From assembly GCA_964390625.1 (NCBI GenBank), contig CAYMID010000005.1, positions 1 through 38,223 of the forward strand: a stretch of 38,223 nucleotides of DNA, in the 5' to 3' direction. The notes below the pieces were generated by a model that did no database searches, was not told where the DNA came from, and worked only from the letters and a program-made list of their open reading frames with translations. The position numbers and the translations under genes are program-made. This document shows, in pieces, positions 34,044 through 38,223 of the stretch. Every line of letters starts with the position of its first letter. Position 1 is the stretch's first letter. This DNA is from an uncultured Gammaproteobacteria bacterium (lineage in GTDB: Bacteria; Patescibacteriota; Patescibacteriia; Magasanikbacterales; UBA922).

Positions 34044-35179
34044 AAAAAACATTAATAATTACCTTTGAATATCCGCCACAAGTTGGAGGGATTGCCACAT
34101 ATGTACACGCGCTAGCGAGTGCATTACCAGCAGCTGACACGATTGTGTTGGCACCGCCGGCACGCGATACTCAGGAGTGGGATCAAGCACAATCATATCG
34201 AGTGATTCGAGCCTCATTTTTGTATCCGGCGTTCGTGTGGCCGCGTTGGTTAGCCCTCTGGCGAGTGGTTAAAAAAATTGTCAAAGCCGAGAAAATTGAA
34301 CGAATTTTAATCCATCATGTGTTGCCAGTCGGTTATGTGGCACAATTAATTATGCGTTTTTTGGGCGTGCCATTTGTGGTTTTTTCACATGGCACTGACA
34401 TTGCTTTAGCCACCAAAACTAAGTGGAAAACAAACCGCTTGCGACAAGTTTTGCGTCAGGCACACGCGATCACATTTAACAGTCAATCTTTGGCGTCGCG
34501 AGCACTCGCCCTAGTACCCGAGTTCCGCAACAAGGCCGCTGTTTTGTATCCCTGCCCCGATGAAATGTTTTACACGCCGCCACCTGCGACTGAGTTGGAA
34601 AAACTCCGGACCAAACTGGCCTTGGAGGGTAAGCGGGTGCTGCTAACAATCGCGCGTTTAGTTGATGGTAAGGGATTTCCACACCTGATTCCGATTTTAG
34701 AAACTGTACTTAAAAATAATCCAAACGTGGTGTGGATTATTGTTGGTAGTGGACCAAAAACAGCCGAAGTCGTTAGTTTGATTCAAAAGCACACCCTGCA
34801 AAATTCAGTTCGGTTTGTAGGTGAGGTGCCACACCACGATTTAAATTGGTATTATCATTTGGCCGATGTGTTTGCTTTGTTAACACACCCAGATAAGGGT
34901 CAAGAAGAGGGTCTGGGATTGGTTTTTTTGGAAGCTGCAGCAGCTGGCTTGCCGGTGATTGCGGGTAAAAGTGGCGGGGTAGAGGAGGGTGTTCACAATG
35001 GGGTAACCGGTTACATTTTTGATGTGTACAACCAGAAACCCGAAATTAGCGCGGCCATTGTTAATTTGCTGCAAGACGCAGATTTAGCCAAAAAATTGGG
35101 CCAAGCTGGTCAAGCACGCATGAAGGCCGAGTTTAACTGGACTCACCAGTTGGCTGGGTTGCGCGCCTGGCTTGAGTAA
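34040..35179 (+). CDS. GT4-family (GT-B fold) glycosyltransferase
   Basis: 'PPQVGGIATYV' at the N-terminus and the 'EGLGLVFLEAAAAGLPVIAGKSGGVEEGV' E-x7-E region. It overlaps the flippase stop by 4 nt. Confidence 0.85.
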   Translation: MKKTLIITFEYPPQVGGIATYVHALASALPAADTIVLAPPARDTQEWDQAQSYRVIRASFLYPAFVWPRWLALWRVVKKIVKAEKIERILIHHVLPVGYVAQLIMRFLGVPFVVFSHGTDIALATKTKWKTNRLRQVLRQAHAITFNSQSLASRALALVPEFRNKAAVLYPCPDEMFYTPPPATELEKLRTKLALEGKRVLLTIARLVDGKGFPHLIPILETVLKNNPNVVWIIVGSGPKTAEVVSLIQKHTLQNSVRFVGEVPHHDLNWYYHLADVFALLTHPDKGQEEGLGLVFLEAAAAGLPVIAGKSGGVEEGVHNGVTGYIFDVYNQKPEISAAIVNLLQDADLAKKLGQAGQARMKAEFNWTHQLAGLRAWLE

Positions 35180-35200
35180 TGCCTGTCCCTCGTGTATAAT
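35172..35200 (+). promoter_or_regulatory. Promoter TTGAGT-N17-TATAAT
   Basis: It overlaps the GT4 stop codon. The -10 element ends 8 nt before ATG 35209. Confidence 0.55.
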
Positions 35201-35208
35201 CGTACCGT

Positions 35209-35613
35209 ATGAAAGCCGAAACGCCCCGAGTACGCCGTTTTTTTCAATCCCGTCTTTTCTGGCTAATCATTGTGCTATTGTTTGGCATTATTGCAGCTGG
35301 TTTAGGTCGGGCGTATTATCAGGATTATCAAGTGGCCCAAGAAATCCAGGCCCTGCAAGCACAGGTAGAGCAGTTGCAAAAGAAAAAAATCGAATCAGCT
35401 GCTTTGCTGTCGTATGTAATGAGTCCTGAGTTTGTCGAGGAACGTGGTCGCACCGAGTTGAATTTGAAAAAACCCGGTGAACATGTGTTGGTAATCCCTA
35501 ATGCGCACCGTGCAACCAGCACTGTTGAGCAGGTTTTGCCCGAAAGTAAGGCGTCAAATCCAGTACGGTGGTGGTATTATTTTACAGTACATCATTTACC
35601 AATAAATGAATAA
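35209..35613 (+). CDS. FtsB/DivIC-like septum formation initiator
   Basis: A single TM helix 'LFWLIIVLLFGIIAAGL', then the coiled coil 'QVAQEIQALQAQVEQLQKKKIES' and 'PEFVEERGRTELNLKKPGE'. Confidence 0.7.
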   Translation: MKAETPRVRRFFQSRLFWLIIVLLFGIIAAGLGRAYYQDYQVAQEIQALQAQVEQLQKKKIESAALLSYVMSPEFVEERGRTELNLKKPGEHVLVIPNAHRATSTVEQVLPESKASNPVRWWYYFTVHHLPINE

Positions 35614-35624
35614 TTTATTTTCGT

Positions 35625-36686
35625 ATGATCGAAGAAAATCAAAGTAGTGAGGTAGAAGTAAAGGCTGAGGAAGTTAATACATCCAAACCTGGCCGCAAAT
35701 TATGGCTGCCATTGGTACTCGGTAGTATTGGGGCAATTTTAGTAGTTGGTATTGTAGCCGAGGGGTATAGTATTTCGCGTGTATATAAGGGAGATGCCTC
35801 TAATTGGTCGGCCACTACCGCTCGTTTGTTTGGTCTAACAGCGGCTAGTGTGAATGGCGAGCGCATTAGTTTTGCTGATTATATTCGTGACCGTCGTTCC
35901 ATGAGCCGTTTTTACGAAGTAAACGCTGGCCAGGAATCTGCGCCAAAAGATGCGCAGGAAGAATCGGATCGTATCTTGAGCCGCTTGGTGGTCAATCGTC
36001 TGATCGAAAAAGCAGCAGCTGAACAAAATGTTATCTTGGCTGCGGCTGATTTAGATAAAGCAAAAACTGATTTCTTACAAAGATTCGGTGGCGATACTGC
36101 CAAGGCCGAGGAGTTTTTGCAAAAAAATTATAATTTAAATTTAGATCAGTTCATGAATAATGTGGTTCGCTCAGTGTTACTGGAACAAAAATTGGCTGAA
36201 TCATTTATTAGTAAAAATGGCGGCAGTGCCTCCCAGCAAAAGGCGGCTGAAATTATTGCCCGTGTCAAAAAGGGCGAGGATTTTGCTAAACTTGCTAAGC
36301 AATTTGGGACCGATGCTACCAAGGATAAGGGTGGTGACTTAGGTTGGTTTGGTCGCGGGGCCATGGTGCCAGAATTCGAGGCCGCTGCCTTTGCTCTTAA
36401 GAACGGCGAAGTTAGTCCAGAGCCAGTTCGGACTGAATATGGCTATCATGTAGTAAAAGTAACTGGTACGCGTACGGTTAAAAGCACGACTGCCGGGCAG
36501 CCAGATGAAACCGAGGTACGGGCCAGCCACATTTTGATTCCAGTTGACAGTGCGGTCTATACATCTTATATTAAGGACCTTATTGCCAAGGCCGACGTCC
36601 ATGTGTTTGGTTCGCTCCACGATCCATTTACGCAGCTAAAAGCCGAGGCTCTCAAAAGCACTGGTGTGGCCACCACTACCAAGTAG
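35625..36686 (+). CDS. Membrane-anchored parvulin-type peptidyl-prolyl isomerase (PpiC/PrsA/SurA-like)
   Basis: An N-terminal TM helix, a SurA-N-like helical region and the parvulin core 'GGDLGWFGRGAMVPEFEAAAFALKNGEVS.EPVRTEYGYHVVKV'. Confidence 0.85.
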   Translation: MIEENQSSEVEVKAEEVNTSKPGRKLWLPLVLGSIGAILVVGIVAEGYSISRVYKGDASNWSATTARLFGLTAASVNGERISFADYIRDRRSMSRFYEVNAGQESAPKDAQEESDRILSRLVVNRLIEKAAAEQNVILAAADLDKAKTDFLQRFGGDTAKAEEFLQKNYNLNLDQFMNNVVRSVLLEQKLAESFISKNGGSASQQKAAEIIARVKKGEDFAKLAKQFGTDATKDKGGDLGWFGRGAMVPEFEAAAFALKNGEVSPEPVRTEYGYHVVKVTGTRTVKSTTAGQPDETEVRASHILIPVDSAVYTSYIKDLIAKADVHVFGSLHDPFTQLKAEALKSTGVATTTK

Positions 36687-36720
36687 TTCAACAAAATGCG
36701 GGGAGCGCGACTCCCCATAC

Positions 36721-36791
36721 GCGGGTATAGTATAGTGGTAATATGCGACCTTCCCAAGGTCGAGCGAGGAGTTCGATTCTCCTTACCCGCT
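36721..36791 (+). tRNA. tRNA-Gly (anticodon CCC)
   Basis: Hand-folded cloverleaf: acceptor GCGGGTA/TACCCGC, anticodon arm CGACC-TTCCCAA-GGTCG, T-arm AGGAG-TTCGATT-CTCCT, discriminator T. No CCA is encoded. Confidence 0.9.
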
Positions 36792-36996
36792 CATGTCCGT
36801 CCTGGTCTGGTTTCCCTCAAGGTTTTGAGTGAAGTAAGACCGGGATGGTGTGCTCAGCTCCGACATCAACGTGATCGGGGACAGTACTTTGCCGTGGAGA
36901 TTGCGAGCGTGATTGAAGCGGACCTTGGTCGACCCGGTGCGGCAATAGCTGCACTGGGTTTCTCATCAACAACTAGCGGATTAAATCTTGCTTGTT

Positions 36997-37003
36997 TAGG
37001 AGG
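36997..37003 (+). promoter_or_regulatory. Strong Shine-Dalgarno TAGGAGG
   Basis: It lies 8 nt before GTG 37012. Confidence 0.6.
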
Positions 37004-37011
37004 TTATAATC

Positions 37012-37359
37012 GTGTTGAATTCAGATGGTAGTGACAAAAAGAATTTGCCTCGTGTTGAAGATGTTAACCCGTTTTTGCTCGCAGTTGTGCGAGCAAATGC
37101 TCCAGAGCCTGCCTCACCCAATCCACCTCGCATTAGGATTTGGCTTGCCAAACGAGGGGGGTTTTTCATTTGTCTACTTGGAGTGGTTGTTGCCTGGGTG
37201 TTGGCAGTCCCATGTGGCTATGCTCAAGATGATCTGAGCATGCAATGCCTGGTAGCCGCGTGTTTGGTATTGACACCAGCATTTGCCGTGTTTGTTGGTG
37301 ACTGGCTGATCGAGTGGGCGGAACGACGCGAACAGGAGGCCGTCAAATCAACCGACTGA
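37012..37359 (+). CDS. Hypothetical small membrane protein (2 TM), GTG start
   Basis: 115-aa ORF with a strong SD. It has two hydrophobic helices (FFICLLGVVVAWVLAV; CLVAACLVLTPAFAVFVG) and no recognisable family. Confidence 0.55.
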   Translation: MLNSDGSDKKNLPRVEDVNPFLLAVVRANAPEPASPNPPRIRIWLAKRGGFFICLLGVVVAWVLAVPCGYAQDDLSMQCLVAACLVLTPAFAVFVGDWLIEWAERREQEAVKSTD

Positions 37360-37372
37360 GGACGAAACACAG

Positions 37373-37442
37373 ACCCCATGTTTTTTGCGAGAAACATGGG
37401 GTTGATCTATCTGTATAAATGGCTAATTTAAGCCATTTTTTT
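37373..37442 (+). terminator. Two hairpins; the second is a canonical rho-independent terminator
   Basis: accccatgttt-tttgcgag-aaacatggggt (37373-37402), then aatggct-aattta-agccatt followed by ttttt (37418-37442). Confidence 0.7.
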
Positions 37443-37452
37443 GGTTTTTGGC

Positions 37453-37481
37453 TTGCGTTTTAGCCCTACCTGTGCTATAGT
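37453..37481 (+). promoter_or_regulatory. Promoter TTGCGT-N17-TATAGT with TG extension
   Basis: TGcTATAGT. The -10 element ends 10 nt before ATG 37492. Confidence 0.5.
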
Positions 37482-37491
37482 TGGCCTACTT

Positions 37492-38016
37492 ATGAAATTC
37501 TCGGTTTCTCGCATTGCCGCCTTATTTGGCCTAGTTATTCTGGTCGGGTGGGGGTGTGCCCAAAAAAATACCAGTACAGTCCCGACCAAAACAGCCGAAG
37601 TTAGTACAAATACTACCCAAAATTCCTCGGGTACCCCTGCTTTGGAACAGACAGCGGCCCAGGCCGTGGTCCCAAGTGCCAATACGACCCCACTACAAGC
37701 CCTTAAAAAGGCCGTAGGCGGGCAGGAGACGGCTAAAACGGTAAAGAGTCCAGAAACCTACCAGAAAGCTCTAGGGACCTACCAATATCGCCTCCAATTC
37801 TTGAATTGTCAGTCTAATCCAGCTCGGCTGACCCTTAAGACGGGCATGCCTTTGATGCTTGATAACCGGGACAGCGAAAAACACACCTTTAAAATGGGTA
37901 AGCAGTCCTTCTCGGTTTTGGGGTATGACTATGTCATTGCCAAAGCCCCAACTCCTGGTACCTACACCATTATTTGCGATGGCGGTGGTGCAGCCGAAAT
38001 CCAGGTGCAGGGTTAA
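37492..38016 (+). CDS. Hypothetical secreted/lipoprotein with beta-rich (cupredoxin-like?) C-terminal domain
   Basis: Signal peptide 'MKFSVSRIAALFGLVILVGWGC' with a possible lipobox Cys, a Thr/Ser/Ala-rich linker, and C-terminal 'PGTYTIICDGGG', which resembles cupredoxin strand topology but lacks obvious Cu ligands. Confidence 0.6.
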   Translation: MKFSVSRIAALFGLVILVGWGCAQKNTSTVPTKTAEVSTNTTQNSSGTPALEQTAAQAVVPSANTTPLQALKKAVGGQETAKTVKSPETYQKALGTYQYRLQFLNCQSNPARLTLKTGMPLMLDNRDSEKHTFKMGKQSFSVLGYDYVIAKAPTPGTYTIICDGGGAAEIQVQG

Positions 38017-38045
38017 TTGACACTCGTCATTCCCTGCGTTATAAT
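38017..38045 (+). promoter_or_regulatory. Consensus sigma70 promoter TTGACA-N17-TATAAT upstream of tRNA-Thr
   Basis: The hexamers are at 38017-38022 and 38040-38045, about 100 nt before the tRNA. Confidence 0.7.
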
Positions 38046-38149
38046 CTCGCTCGTGAAGTTCGAACCTAAACCGATTTGCCGCTGCACTTCGTGCAGCGTC
38101 CAAACGCTCGGAAATGCTTGAACAAGCTCAGAATTTCGCTCGCTTATTT

Positions 38150-38222
38150 GCCGATGTAGCTCAGTTGGTAGAGCGGCACATTCGTAACGTGCAGGCCACC
38201 AGTTCAATCCTGGTCATCGGCT
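38150..38222 (+). tRNA. tRNA-Thr (anticodon CGT)
   Basis: Hand-folded: acceptor GCCGATG/CATCGGC, D-arm GCTC-AGTTGGTA-GAGC, anticodon arm GCACA-TTCGTAA-CGTGC (A31-C39 mismatch), T-arm ACCAG-TTCAATC-CTGGT, discriminator T. It ends 1 nt before the window edge. Confidence 0.85.
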
Positions 38223-38223
38223 C

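Noticed and set aside
36696-37031. A 111-aa plus-strand ORF.
   Set aside because: It runs straight through the tRNA-Gly gene (36721-36791), has no sensible start context, and is an artefact of the stop-free GC-rich spacer.
36792-37491. An integrated mobile element at tRNA-Gly.
   Set aside because: There is no integrase or recombinase ORF, and no direct repeat of the tRNA-Gly 3' end (…TTCGATTCTCCTTACCCGC) was found downstream by eye. It was kept only as a low-confidence 'degraded islet' possibility.
38013-38207. A 64-aa minus-strand ORF.
   Set aside because: It overlaps the tRNA-Thr gene and its promoter and leader on the opposite strand, and it has no expression signals.

Overview
This is a gene-dense chromosomal segment, almost entirely on the plus strand and read with the standard genetic code. 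Gene content suggests a reduced-genome bacterium of the Patescibacteria/CPR type, possibly Saccharibacteria-like; that placement is inference only. Order along the window: (1) a MazF/PemK-like toxin; (2) a DNA-uptake / type IV pilus module made of ComEC channel part, a 2-TM protein, a SAM-methyltransferase, a separate ComEC-type MBL domain, a thrombospondin-type-3 repeat surface protein, PilM, an atypical receiver domain and a pilin; (3) a complete F1Fo ATP synthase operon (atpZ/I-like, B, E, F, H, A, G, D, C); (4) a promoter / Cys-rich 40-codon micro-ORF / terminator unit placed 7 nt before an ABC exporter; (5) typA, an RRM protein, a monocistronic rpmA on the minus strand, and a membrane protein-ftsW-murG block; (6) an orphan soluble TraD/VirD4-like P-loop NTPase; (7) a GC-rich block holding a small minus-strand ORF; (8) a tandem CxxC zinc-ribbon protein, mnmA, a polytopic membrane protein, a short alaS and gtrA; (9) infA-rpmJ-rpsM-rpsK-rpsD-rpoA-rplQ-rplM-rpsI; (10) a flippase, a GT4 glycosyltransferase, an FtsB-like protein and a parvulin PPIase; (11) tRNA-Gly(CCC), 220 nt of unexplained non-coding sequence, two small envelope proteins and tRNA-Thr(CGU). 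No CRISPR array, rRNA, transposase or integrase was seen. The most notable observations are these: the Cys-rich leader-like ORF with an intrinsic terminator abutting the ABC exporter; an RpoA that ends after the N-terminal domain (no alpha-CTD); a receiver domain with Glu at the phospho-acceptor position; a split ComEC; many near-consensus TTGACA-N17-TATAAT promoters, several so close to the ATG that the mRNAs should be leaderless; and two compositionally or structurally odd non-core patches (22977-23379 and 36792-37491). All family names come from motif recognition by eye, not from database searches.
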